The translations under genes and the position numbers were made by a program. The notes under the pieces were generated by a model. That model saw nothing but the letters and a program-made list of their open reading frames with translations. It did no database searches and was not told the DNA's origin. 64,000 nt of DNA from an uncultured Chitinophagales bacterium (GTDB taxonomy: Bacteria > Bacteroidota > Bacteroidia > Chitinophagales > CAZNGA01). Shown piece by piece: positions 1 through 9,369 of the stretch (position 1 is the first letter of the stretch; every line of letters begins with the position of its first letter). The stretch covers positions 9,591 through 73,590 of the forward strand of contig CAZNGA010000003.1 of assembly GCA_964572485.1 (NCBI GenBank). Direction: 5' to 3'.

Positions 1-180
1 GGAACGGTGACCTCCGTATTGATCCCCTGGAATACCTGTGGCGCTACTCAATCAGCCGTTTTAGGAGTTGCTACTTTCACATACCTTCCCTATTGTTTTT
101 TTAATATTATCAGCCCATTTATGAGTATTTTCTTTGCTTACGCAGGGATAAAAATTGCAAAATATACTGGGAAGAAATGA
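1..180 (+). CDS. C-terminal fragment of a polytopic membrane transporter (NhaC-type antiporter-like); 5' end outside window
   Basis: Frame 1 is open from base 1 to TGA at 178-180. Translation GTVTSVLIPWNTCGATQSAVLGVATFTYLPYCFFNIISPFMSIFFAYAGIKIAKYTGKK is hydrophobic. The IPWNTCG...LPY.FFN pattern recalls NhaC C-termini (from memory, not searched). Confidence 0.4.
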   Translation, partial: GTVTSVLIPWNTCGATQSAVLGVATFTYLPYCFFNIISPFMSIFFAYAGIKIAKYTGKK

Positions 181-181
181 T

Positions 182-2512
182 CTAGAAAGGATAACCAATT
201 GCTAGGTTATAGAAAATATTATTATTCCTCCACGATGCACTTGAAAGGTTTATATCATCTATCAGCCACCTGTCTCCAGCAGGTAAAGCTGGATCTCTAA
301 TAGGTACTGCCACATCAAATCTGACAATAAAGTAGGTAAAATCCAGTCTTACTCCTACTCCGGTTCCAATAGCAAATTCACTTAAGAAATCCTCTTTTAT
401 CTTTGCTCCCGGGCGTAACGTATCTTCTTTCAAAGTCCACATATTTCCCCCATCAACAAAAAGAGCGCCTTTCAAAAGACCAAAGACCCCAAATCGAAAT
501 TCTAAATTGGATTCCAATCTCATATCCGCTGTTTGATCAACAAAAACATCTTCAGAGGTATTATCAAAAGATCCGGGGCCTAAAGTTCGAATGCGCCATG
601 ATCTTACGCTATTTGCCCCTCCAATATAAAATTGTTTTATATAAGGCAGTGATTTAGAATTGCCAACCGGAAAGCCAATTCCACTGGCAAATCTATAGAT
701 CAGTACCCTGTTTTTTGAAAAGACCTGATAGTACCTGAAATCAATATCTGTCCTTACGTATTGAGAATAATTGATCCCTATTAGATCTAAGGACTCATCA
801 TCGGTTGGAGAAGCAGGGATATTTACTAGTGTCTGACTTAACGCTACCAAGAGCCCTGCTGATTCTATATTTCCTCTGAAATAAATATAATCTCTCAACC
901 TATCTAAACGTTGATTATTGAAGAGAAAACTGTAGCTACTTCCAATGATCAATTGCTCCTCAAACCTACTTTTCAACAAGGGTTCCTTTTCCAATCGCTC
1001 AAAAAAGCGTTCACTTGTAGCATTTTCATTCAAATTAACCAGACTTATTACGGTAGGTGATAAAATATGTCTTTTAAAGGTGAATTCTTTCCACTCAAAG
1101 CCATAAGAAACATTGATCATATTGATTGCATAAGACTCCTCCCCTTCCCTTTTTAGAAAATTGTACCCCATTGATATCCGGGTCTTTGGATTGAACTTTT
1201 TAGACAAATTCTGAAATCTGATAGGAGTCAATAATTTTGGGAAATAGAAATTGATTTGAGGGGTGATGTCAACCGTATTAAACAAAAGACTGTCGCCAAA
1301 TTGCATTTCCACACCACCCTGCAAGTTAATGGTCGTAAGGTCTGCATTGCGAAATAGGTTCCTGGTCTTATAAGATAAATTGATCGTTGTGCCCAGGGGA
1401 TAATCAGAAGTTGTACGAGTATTCGTATTTAATTCGGTTTCTACTGAGATTTCATTTTTCTTTTTAGGTGTCAAGTAGATATGACAATCCAACAGACTCT
1501 CATCAGCCCTATCGAGATTTGTAAATCTGATATTCACAAATTTAAAAACCCCAATATCTAATAGTCTGTAATGCGTCCGGTCATGCTTCTCTTTTGAATA
1601 CAGGTCTCCAGCGCTAATAAAAACGGCGTCAAGAAGCACCTTTGGATTGTATTTCAAAGCTGTCGTGACAAAAAAGTAATTATTGATCAACAAAGTATCT
1701 ATCTCAGTTGCTTCCTTGAATTCTGTGGTATAATCAGGATAGATATATACATTATTGATCGTAAAATATTGATAGGCCTGCTGGTCAGGTAATTGATGGA
1801 GTTTGATCTCAATATCAATTGTCTGATCTTTCTTATTACTGTCGAGTTCAAATGACACATATTCTTTATTAAAATAATAGTATCCAACATTCTTTAATAA
1901 TTTCACGATCCTTTCTCTTTCCAACTGAAGTAGATCAATATCATAAGGGGCTTCAGCTTTTAATAAGCATTCGTCAATATTTACAAGCATCTTACGCTCA
2001 ATTCTATTTACCCCTTCAGGAAGAATAACTTTATTGATCTTGTAGCGGTCCCCGGTGGTGATGTTATAGACGATCTTTGTTTTTCGTTTTTTACTGAAGG
2101 AAGCAAATGAAACCTCTGCATGAAAGAACCCTTTGTTAAACAAGTAGTTTTTCATCAGGTTAGAGGTGGCCTCAGAAATTTTCGCATCATAAATAACAGG
2201 TGTTTCTCCTAATTTATTCTTGACCCAATTCTTGAACCTATTTAGATTCCCCTGGCTGGCTCGATTATAAAACCACAACTTGACCTTTAATGAGCCTAAA
2301 AAGCGTTCGTTTGGTTTCTGCTTGGTAAGCAACTCAAGGTCTTTCTTTAATTGTCTTTTTCCTGCCTTGTTTTCCTTAACATCAAGAAAAACCCTACTTT
2401 TATTCAATAAAGCCTCATTTTCGGATAGATATTTCGTGTTACTACATCCAAAAAAGAGTACGATGAATAATAAGAAGAAAAAAAGGCTGCACTTTTCCTT
2501 GATAAATTGCAT
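182..2512 (-). CDS. Omp85/BamA-TamA family outer-membrane protein (POTRA + D15 surface-antigen beta-barrel)
   Basis: The ORF runs to a TTG at 2530. The ATG at 2512 gives MQFIKEKCSLFFFLLFIVLFFGCSN, a signal/lipobox-like N-terminus. Large beta-rich protein ending ...YNLAIGYPF, with the terminal aromatic typical of OMP barrels. Confidence 0.85.
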   Translation of the reverse strand: MQFIKEKCSLFFFLLFIVLFFGCSNTKYLSENEALLNKSRVFLDVKENKAGKRQLKKDLELLTKQKPNERFLGSLKVKLWFYNRASQGNLNRFKNWVKNKLGETPVIYDAKISEATSNLMKNYLFNKGFFHAEVSFASFSKKRKTKIVYNITTGDRYKINKVILPEGVNRIERKMLVNIDECLLKAEAPYDIDLLQLERERIVKLLKNVGYYYFNKEYVSFELDSNKKDQTIDIEIKLHQLPDQQAYQYFTINNVYIYPDYTTEFKEATEIDTLLINNYFFVTTALKYNPKVLLDAVFISAGDLYSKEKHDRTHYRLLDIGVFKFVNIRFTNLDRADESLLDCHIYLTPKKKNEISVETELNTNTRTTSDYPLGTTINLSYKTRNLFRNADLTTINLQGGVEMQFGDSLLFNTVDITPQINFYFPKLLTPIRFQNLSKKFNPKTRISMGYNFLKREGEESYAINMINVSYGFEWKEFTFKRHILSPTVISLVNLNENATSERFFERLEKEPLLKSRFEEQLIIGSSYSFLFNNQRLDRLRDYIYFRGNIESAGLLVALSQTLVNIPASPTDDESLDLIGINYSQYVRTDIDFRYYQVFSKNRVLIYRFASGIGFPVGNSKSLPYIKQFYIGGANSVRSWRIRTLGPGSFDNTSEDVFVDQTADMRLESNLEFRFGVFGLLKGALFVDGGNMWTLKEDTLRPGAKIKEDFLSEFAIGTGVGVRLDFTYFIVRFDVAVPIRDPALPAGDRWLIDDINLSSASWRNNNIFYNLAIGYPF

Positions 2513-3262
2513 ATGATCTCGAAAGCACAAATTAAGTTTATTAATTCACTTAAAACTAAAAAATACAGGCAAAAGTATCATCTATTCTTATCTGAAGGCA
2601 AAAAGCTTGCCAAAGAACTCCTAAATGGACCAATTGAAAAAGATTCCATTTTTGCGACACAAAATTGGGTCAAGTCAAATGCAATGGACGCACAAAGGTA
2701 TGATGACATCCTAAATGAGGTATCAGAACCAGAACTGAAAAAGATATCTTCTCTATCAACACCTAACGAAATATTAGTAGTGGCAAAGATCCCCCAGGAT
2801 AGCCCAGATCCCTCTGAGATCAATACTTCTTTGTCTTTGGCACTTGACAACATTCAAGATCCCGGAAATATGGGTACGATAATTCGTATTGCCGATTGGT
2901 TCAATATTCCTTATATCTTTTGCTCGAAGGACTGTGTAGATATGTATAACCCAAAGGTAGTACAGGCAACAATGGGCTCAATTGGGCGTGTTAAAGTGTA
3001 TTACCGTGAGCTTAGCAAACTCTTTATAGAATATAGCAGTCTTCCGGTCTATGGAGCGACTATTCATAGTACAAGTATTTATGATTGTGATCGTTCAGGA
3101 GAGGGATTTATCTTAATGGGGAGTGAGTCACTTGGCATCAATGAGCAATTGAATGAGTTTATAAGTACACAGATAAGTATTCCTAAATATGGCGCTGCCG
3201 AATCCTTAAATGTAGCTATGGCAGCTGCAATAATTTGTGCGGAATTCCGAAAAGGAAACTAA
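2513..3262 (+). CDS. SpoU/TrmH-family RNA 2'-O-methyltransferase
   Basis: Motifs DNIQDPGNMGTIIRIADWF, GSESLGI and ESLNVAMAAAIICAEF are typical of the SPOUT/TrmH family. The ATG at 2513 is preferred over the TTG at 2507. Confidence 0.85.
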   Translation: MISKAQIKFINSLKTKKYRQKYHLFLSEGKKLAKELLNGPIEKDSIFATQNWVKSNAMDAQRYDDILNEVSEPELKKISSLSTPNEILVVAKIPQDSPDPSEINTSLSLALDNIQDPGNMGTIIRIADWFNIPYIFCSKDCVDMYNPKVVQATMGSIGRVKVYYRELSKLFIEYSSLPVYGATIHSTSIYDCDRSGEGFILMGSESLGINEQLNEFISTQISIPKYGAAESLNVAMAAAIICAEFRKGN

Positions 3263-4179
3263 TGGAACAAAATTATCGAAGAACAAGAATATGCTTACTT
3301 CTCATTATGGTCTTTTCTGCTTTTGACGGATCAGCACAGGATTTTTCATGGTGGAACAAAGCGCAAAACTGGGATGGGATCACGCCATGGCATCAGTATA
3401 TCACTACAGCCTCAAATCATATGGGACCCAATTCATTACCGGTTCCTCAAATCAAAAAAGGGCTCATATCCAATGACACAGAAATAGAATATGGGATTTT
3501 TTCTCATTTAAGTAATGGTGATAATACTCAAAACTTCATGTTAAAATTATATTTGCCATTAGCTAAAGACAAAGCTGCCTTGGAAATTTATGGTGTTCCG
3601 GTCGAATATTTTAAAATGGATTTTCAGACAAGAGATGATCGTGGCTGCCGTGATTATGATGGAGAAGGCTTTGCAGGAGGGGACATCTATTTTGGGACAA
3701 TTTTGCAATTGGTAGGCAAAAAAGAACATTTTCCTGATGTTACCCTGAGTTTGAATTGTAAAACTGCTTCGGGTAATAACTTTAGGAATGCTCGATTTAC
3801 AGATACTCCAGGATATTTCTTTGATCTTTCCTTTGGGAAAACTTTTAGCAAGCAGGAAAAGGGCATTAATAACTCAACAAGATTATATGGCACAGTAGGT
3901 TTCTACGGATACCAGACATATTCAGAAAGCCACCGACAGGATGATGCTGTAATGTATGGCACGGGAATTACAATTAGGAAGGGGAGTTTTTCTTTAGATA
4001 ATGCTTTTGGTGGCTATTATGGTTATATAGGAAATGGTGATCGTCCATTTGTTTATCGATTCAGTTTTACCAAAATTGGCAAACAAATGAACCTAAGGAT
4101 AAGCTACCAATTAGGTATAATTGATTTGGATTATCATTCAATCGGATTTACAATGATTAGTCATTTTTCAAAAAAATAA
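3262..4179 (+). CDS. hypothetical secreted protein
   Basis: The ATG at 3262 overlaps the upstream stop (TAATG). Signal peptide RICLLLIMVFSAFDGSAQ. No recognisable family motif. Confidence 0.55.
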   Translation: MEQNYRRTRICLLLIMVFSAFDGSAQDFSWWNKAQNWDGITPWHQYITTASNHMGPNSLPVPQIKKGLISNDTEIEYGIFSHLSNGDNTQNFMLKLYLPLAKDKAALEIYGVPVEYFKMDFQTRDDRGCRDYDGEGFAGGDIYFGTILQLVGKKEHFPDVTLSLNCKTASGNNFRNARFTDTPGYFFDLSFGKTFSKQEKGINNSTRLYGTVGFYGYQTYSESHRQDDAVMYGTGITIRKGSFSLDNAFGGYYGYIGNGDRPFVYRFSFTKIGKQMNLRISYQLGIIDLDYHSIGFTMISHFSKK

Positions 4180-4188
4180 TAGTGATCG

Positions 4189-5031
4189 TTGAATAAGAAT
4201 TGTTTGTATTGGTTCGGTGTATTTTTCCTATTACTTGGATGCGGGAAAGACCCTTATATTAATATTGAGAACCCATCTACCAAAGATGGATGGGGATTGA
4301 TTTTCCAAGAAGAATTTGATACTAATTCAATTGATAAGCAATTATGGGGTGATAACTCATGGAGTAGAAGCATCGTTGGCAACAAGGAACTACAATACTA
4401 TACAAGCCCTTTAGATGGTGACAATTATCAAATTAAAAATGGGATCATTAAACTTATTGCCTTAAAGAAAAATATTACTAGCAGAGTTGTTGATCATTGG
4501 GCAGATGACAAGATCATTTACGACGGATATCCCAACAAAAGATTCTTTACTTATTCTTCGGGGAAATTAGAAACTAGTATCGAGTTTTTGTATGGCTATT
4601 TTGAGATTAAATGTAAAATTCCAAAAGGAAAAGGTTTGTGGCCGGCATTTTGGTTAATTGCAACTAATACCAGTGATTATAAGGAAATAGATATATTTGA
4701 ATTTCATTGTGATGAACCAAATGTGCTTCATATGACAAACCACTATTTAGATGGTAATGGAGAAAAAAGAATAAAAGCAAAACACATAAAAGGGCCCGAT
4801 TTTTCTAAGAATTTTCATACAATTGGTATAGAATGGGATAGCAGAAAAATAGTGTGGTATTTTGATAACATGAGAATTTTTACTTCTCGCAAAGAAATAC
4901 CTCACGTTGGGCTTAGAATGATAGTAAATTTAGCTGTTGGTGGAGAATGGCCAGGACACCCTAATAATGACACCCAATTTCCGGCTGCTTTAGAAGTTGA
5001 TTACATAAGAGTATTTCAAAAATTATACTAA
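4189..5031 (+). CDS. glycoside hydrolase family 16 lipoprotein (beta-glucanase/laminarinase-like)
   Basis: Lipobox FFLLLGCGK. GH16 catalytic signature EIDIFE within YKEIDIFEFH. A TTG start is the only in-frame start giving the signal peptide. Confidence 0.8.
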   Translation: MNKNCLYWFGVFFLLLGCGKDPYINIENPSTKDGWGLIFQEEFDTNSIDKQLWGDNSWSRSIVGNKELQYYTSPLDGDNYQIKNGIIKLIALKKNITSRVVDHWADDKIIYDGYPNKRFFTYSSGKLETSIEFLYGYFEIKCKIPKGKGLWPAFWLIATNTSDYKEIDIFEFHCDEPNVLHMTNHYLDGNGEKRIKAKHIKGPDFSKNFHTIGIEWDSRKIVWYFDNMRIFTSRKEIPHVGLRMIVNLAVGGEWPGHPNNDTQFPAALEVDYIRVFQKLY

Positions 5032-5045
5032 GGAAATAGCACAAA

Positions 5046-6536
5046 ATGACAAACCAGATTTTTGGAATTGCAACAATTATCTTATCATGTATTGGTTTTT
5101 ACTTTTCATTTAGAGCTTTTAGAAATGAAAATTATTCCCTTGCCGTTTCTCTTGTTGTAGTTGCTGGACTCCTATTAAGAAGCTATGTTGGAGCAGATCT
5201 TTATCTTCATGCATGGGATGAGAGATACCACGCTTTAGTAGCAAAGAACTTTTTAAAGCATCCTTTATTGCCAACTCTTTATGATAATCCACTGCTGCCT
5301 TTCAACTATAAAGGTTGGGATATGAATCATGTTTGGCTTCATAAACAACCCCTACCAATGTGGCTTATGGCTCTCAGCATGAAATCTTTCGGAGTCAATG
5401 AAATAGCATTAAGATTACCTTCCATACTCCTATCTTCGCTAAGTATTTATTTCACTTACTATATTGGTGCTTACTTATTTAATAAACAAACAGGATTATT
5501 AGCCGCATTCTTTCATTCAATAAATGGATTAGTAATTGAAATTACTGGTGGACGAGTCGCTACAGACCATTATGATATCTTATTTTTAGTCTTTATAGAA
5601 TTGGCAATATTACTCTCAATTGCTTATGTAAAAACCAACAAAAGATTCCTCCATTTGCTAATTGGCGCTTCAGTAGGAGCTGCAATACTAACAAAATGGC
5701 TGCCAGCATTAATTGTGATACCCATTTGGTATCTATTGGTATGCAGAAAAGATGATCAAAAAAATATTTTAATAAATTTCGCCTTGTTATCATTCGCTTG
5801 TATTGCATTTTTTCTTCCTTGGCAAATCTATATTATGAATACCTTCCCTTTAGAGGCACAATGGGAATACAATTATAATTTATTACATATATTAGAACCA
5901 CTTCAAGGGCATTCCGGATCTTTTTTTTATCACTTTAACAAAATTCGAATAATATTTGGTGAGCTCATTTATATTCCAATTCTGTGGTTTTTATATGTGA
6001 TTTATAGAAGGAGAGCGAACCTAAACATCATTATCATTGGAATTTGGTTTTTAGTCCCTTATATATTCTTTTCTGCAATTCAGACAAAAATGCAGGGCTA
6101 TATATTATTTGCTGCCCCCAGCATTTTCATTTTACTGGCTTACTTTTGGTGGAAGCAATTCAAAATTAGAAGAAAGACGAAATATCCAAAGCTTCTAATT
6201 CTGTTTCTAATTTTATTGATTGTTTTACCAATAAGATATTCCTTCGAAAGAGTAAAACCATTTCATAAATTGAACAGAAACCCAAAATGGGCGGTTACTC
6301 TTAAAAATCTTGATGAAAAGATAATCCCTAATAATGCAGTACTTTTCAATATTGATTATTCGATTGAGGCCATGTTCTATTCTGAAATCGTAGCATATCC
6401 GTATTTGCCAACAGCTGATCAGGTCATGTATCTAAACAACAAAGGTTATAATATATATGTGTATGATACCGGGGATTTACCACAATACATTCTTGATAAT
6501 AAGAGCATAATTATTCCAGAGATCCAATTCAAATAA
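5046..6536 (+). CDS. GT39 (ArnT/PMT-like) integral-membrane glycosyltransferase
   Basis: About 12 predicted TM segments. The first loop, HAWDERYHALVAKNF, resembles the Asp/Glu loop of the ArnT/PMT family. Confidence 0.7.
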   Translation: MTNQIFGIATIILSCIGFYFSFRAFRNENYSLAVSLVVVAGLLLRSYVGADLYLHAWDERYHALVAKNFLKHPLLPTLYDNPLLPFNYKGWDMNHVWLHKQPLPMWLMALSMKSFGVNEIALRLPSILLSSLSIYFTYYIGAYLFNKQTGLLAAFFHSINGLVIEITGGRVATDHYDILFLVFIELAILLSIAYVKTNKRFLHLLIGASVGAAILTKWLPALIVIPIWYLLVCRKDDQKNILINFALLSFACIAFFLPWQIYIMNTFPLEAQWEYNYNLLHILEPLQGHSGSFFYHFNKIRIIFGELIYIPILWFLYVIYRRRANLNIIIIGIWFLVPYIFFSAIQTKMQGYILFAAPSIFILLAYFWWKQFKIRRKTKYPKLLILFLILLIVLPIRYSFERVKPFHKLNRNPKWAVTLKNLDEKIIPNNAVLFNIDYSIEAMFYSEIVAYPYLPTADQVMYLNNKGYNIYVYDTGDLPQYILDNKSIIIPEIQFK

Positions 6537-6601
6537 CAGTATATGTTTCCAACTGATTGGGTTATGTTTTATTTAATTAGTACTTTTTCTAATTAACTTT
6601 C

Positions 6602-7138
6602 ATGAACAGGGACTATTACCAAATATTAGGCGTACCCTCAAATGCCCGTTTGCATGAGATCAAAAAGGCATTTAGGGAGAAAGCTAAGGACCTGCATCCT
6701 GATATCAATACCTCAGAAAATGCCAGCCAGCAATTTATCAGCATTCATGAAGCTTACCAGATCTTAAGCGACCATAAGAAAAGATATATGTATGATCTTA
6801 GGTACCATACGCGATCTCAGGTCAAATCACCAAAACACCCCGGGCCAAAGAAATACGATCCGCACTTTGATAATTGGGTTAAAGATGCACGAGATACTGC
6901 CGGTAAGCATGCACATATGGGATATTCAGATTTTCTGGAGTCTTCATTTTATAAAACTGCATCAGCGGTATCAAATGTAATTGCTTTTCTAGCAATAGGC
7001 GGTGGGATCGTCATCTGTTTATTTCCTGTAGGCAGATATTGGATGATACACCAAAGCAGTGCGCTTTATGCTTTATTATATTGCATTCCTGTGGGATTAG
7101 CTTTAATAGCTAGTGGTATGGCTGCAATAAGATCTTAA
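6602..7138 (+). CDS. J-domain (DnaJ-like) protein with C-terminal membrane anchor
   Basis: DYYQILGVPSNARLHEIKKAFREKAKDLHPD contains the HPD motif. Two C-terminal hydrophobic helices. Confidence 0.85.
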   Translation: MNRDYYQILGVPSNARLHEIKKAFREKAKDLHPDINTSENASQQFISIHEAYQILSDHKKRYMYDLRYHTRSQVKSPKHPGPKKYDPHFDNWVKDARDTAGKHAHMGYSDFLESSFYKTASAVSNVIAFLAIGGGIVICLFPVGRYWMIHQSSALYALLYCIPVGLALIASGMAAIRS

Positions 7139-7141
7139 TTA

Positions 7142-8011
7142 TCAATTCTGCTGAAACTTGGGATTTGGGACAGGTGGCTTATCAAATTCCCCGATCGAAT
7201 AATGAAATACTTTGGATATATGTTTCCATTTTCCCTTTGAGAATTTAAAGCCCCTGTAGGTGCCATCAGGGATGTAAGTGCTTTTATCACCGGCATTACC
7301 CTCTTCGGGGATCAGGTTGTCATAAATGATCTGCTTCAATTCCTGATCATAGTTCAAGCCAACTGCGGCACCCTTTTTATATTCAATGATTATCCTTGTC
7401 TTTAAGGAATCAGCGCCAAAATCAAATATTTCCGCTCCAAATACCGGGCCACTTTTTTTATTCAATCTCAGCACTTCAATGAGCTTCTTATTGCTAGATA
7501 AATTGTTTCCGTCCCATCCAAAAAGCATGTAGTACTTCTTCACTTTTACAATATTGTAATACATACAACCATACCATCCCTCATTGTTTACGATCGTGTC
7601 TTGAGGAAATACCATAAATGGGGAGTTATCAAAGAGGGGGAATAACATGAACTTCTTGGGGCTATTCATAAAAATGGTGCCATAAAAACGAAAGCTCCCA
7701 TTAGATTTTAATAATTGCCATGTGAATATCCTAAATTTCTTATCCGGAGAAGTGATCTTTGAAATGGTGATCAATGAATCAAATGGAAATTCAAATGAGC
7801 CATCTATTTTTAGCGCTTTAACAAGCATTGGGATAAAGACATGGCACGCATTCCTTCGGGTATATTCATCTCCCCCCTTAACAATTGAATCAGCCAATAT
7901 TTTAAGGGTATCTTCATAAGCCTTCAGACGAGCAAGGTGATCGCTTTCATTTTGTCCATAAGTACTAGTAAACATAATACTCAAGATCAAAATCAATATG
8001 CACTTCCTCAT
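7142..8011 (-). CDS. hypothetical secreted protein
   Basis: Signal peptide MRKCILILILSIMFTSTYGQ. 289-aa ORF with normal composition and no recognised motif. Confidence 0.6.
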   Translation of the reverse strand: MRKCILILILSIMFTSTYGQNESDHLARLKAYEDTLKILADSIVKGGDEYTRRNACHVFIPMLVKALKIDGSFEFPFDSLITISKITSPDKKFRIFTWQLLKSNGSFRFYGTIFMNSPKKFMLFPLFDNSPFMVFPQDTIVNNEGWYGCMYYNIVKVKKYYMLFGWDGNNLSSNKKLIEVLRLNKKSGPVFGAEIFDFGADSLKTRIIIEYKKGAAVGLNYDQELKQIIYDNLIPEEGNAGDKSTYIPDGTYRGFKFSKGKWKHISKVFHYSIGEFDKPPVPNPKFQQN

Positions 8012-8105
8012 ACTTTTCTATTTACGGGAAAATAATAACTGCCCTTTTGAACAAATGTACTCAAATAACTCCTTTTACTAACGACAATTCCAAGTGCAAA
8101 TTGCA

Positions 8106-9284
8106 TTATACCAATTCCACAACCATTGCAGAAGCACCACCACCGCCATTACAAATTCCGGCAGCACCTAATGTACCATTATTTTGCTTCAAAACATTTA
8201 GTAAAGTGACAATAATGCGAGCTCCTGAGCAACCTATAGGGTGGCCAAGAGAAACACCACCACCATTCACATTTACTTTCGCAGGATCCAGTTTCATCTC
8301 GTTGTTATTCGCTACGGCAACCACAGAAAAAGCTTCATTGATCTCGAAATAGGCTATATCTTCAAGTTTCTTCCCTGCTTTTTCAACCGCTTTCGGCAGT
8401 GCTTTTGATGGAGCTGTTGTAAACCATTCGGGAGCCTGTGCTGCGTCAGCATAACTCAATATTCTGGCAATAGGCTTTACACCTAAGGATTCCATTTTCT
8501 CCTTACTCATAATGATAACAGCAGCTGCGCCATCATTGATCGTAGAGGCATTCGCTGCGGTAACTGTACCCTCCTTTTGAAAGACAGGTCTGAGTTCAGG
8601 GATCTTTTCAAACTTTACATTTTTGTATTCCTCATCTTCATTAAAGATAACTGGGTCACCCCTTCTCTGAGGTATTTCAACTTCAACGATCTCATCTTTG
8701 AACTTTCCTGATTCAGTGGCTGCAGCGCTTCTTTTATAGGATTCTATTGCAAAGCTATCCTGCTCTTCCCGAGAAATATTACATTCTTTCGCACACAATT
8801 CAGCAGCATTTCCCATGTGGTATTTATTGTAAACATCTGTTAGCCCGTCGCCCACTAATCCATCAATGACTTTACCATCTCCTAACCTATACCCATTTCT
8901 CGCCTTGTCAAGATAATATGGGACATTGGACATGCTCTCCATCCCTCCTGCAACAACAACGTCATTATCCCCGGCTATGATAGTTTGAGCTCCCAGCATG
9001 ATTGACTTCATCCCTGAAGCGCATACTTTATTAACTGTTGTACATGGGACCTCATTGCCTATTCCGGCGTAGATAGAAGCCTGGCGTGCTGGTGCTTGCC
9101 CGATGTTAGCAGTCAACACATTACCCATAAAGACCTCATCAATTTCAGATGGTTTAATACCTGCTCTATCAATGGCCCCTTTAATTACTATAGCTCCAAG
9201 GTCAGGTGCAGACATTGAAGCTAATGCTCCTCCAAAACTTCCGATCGGTGTACGAGCGCAAGCTACAATATAAACTTCTTTCAT
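8106..9284 (-). CDS. acetyl-CoA C-acetyltransferase (thiolase II)
   Basis: Active-site motifs VNKVCASGMKS, GHPIGCSGARI and CNGGGGASAMVVE. 392 aa. Confidence 0.95.
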   Translation of the reverse strand: MKEVYIVACARTPIGSFGGALASMSAPDLGAIVIKGAIDRAGIKPSEIDEVFMGNVLTANIGQAPARQASIYAGIGNEVPCTTVNKVCASGMKSIMLGAQTIIAGDNDVVVAGGMESMSNVPYYLDKARNGYRLGDGKVIDGLVGDGLTDVYNKYHMGNAAELCAKECNISREEQDSFAIESYKRSAAATESGKFKDEIVEVEIPQRRGDPVIFNEDEEYKNVKFEKIPELRPVFQKEGTVTAANASTINDGAAAVIIMSKEKMESLGVKPIARILSYADAAQAPEWFTTAPSKALPKAVEKAGKKLEDIAYFEINEAFSVVAVANNNEMKLDPAKVNVNGGGVSLGHPIGCSGARIIVTLLNVLKQNNGTLGAAGICNGGGGASAMVVELV

Positions 9285-9369
9285 TTGATTATAATTTAGA
9301 TGTTAAAATTTCGATACAAATTTAATTTAGTTACTTTTAACATCAAATTTCTAAAGCTTAAAAATTGGG

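Noticed and set aside
8047-8352. A 101-aa plus-strand ORF with a Pro-rich stretch (APPPPLQIPAAP).
   Set aside because: It is antisense to the Gly-rich C-terminus of the thiolase, so the Pro run is the reverse complement of GGx codons. It is not a gene.
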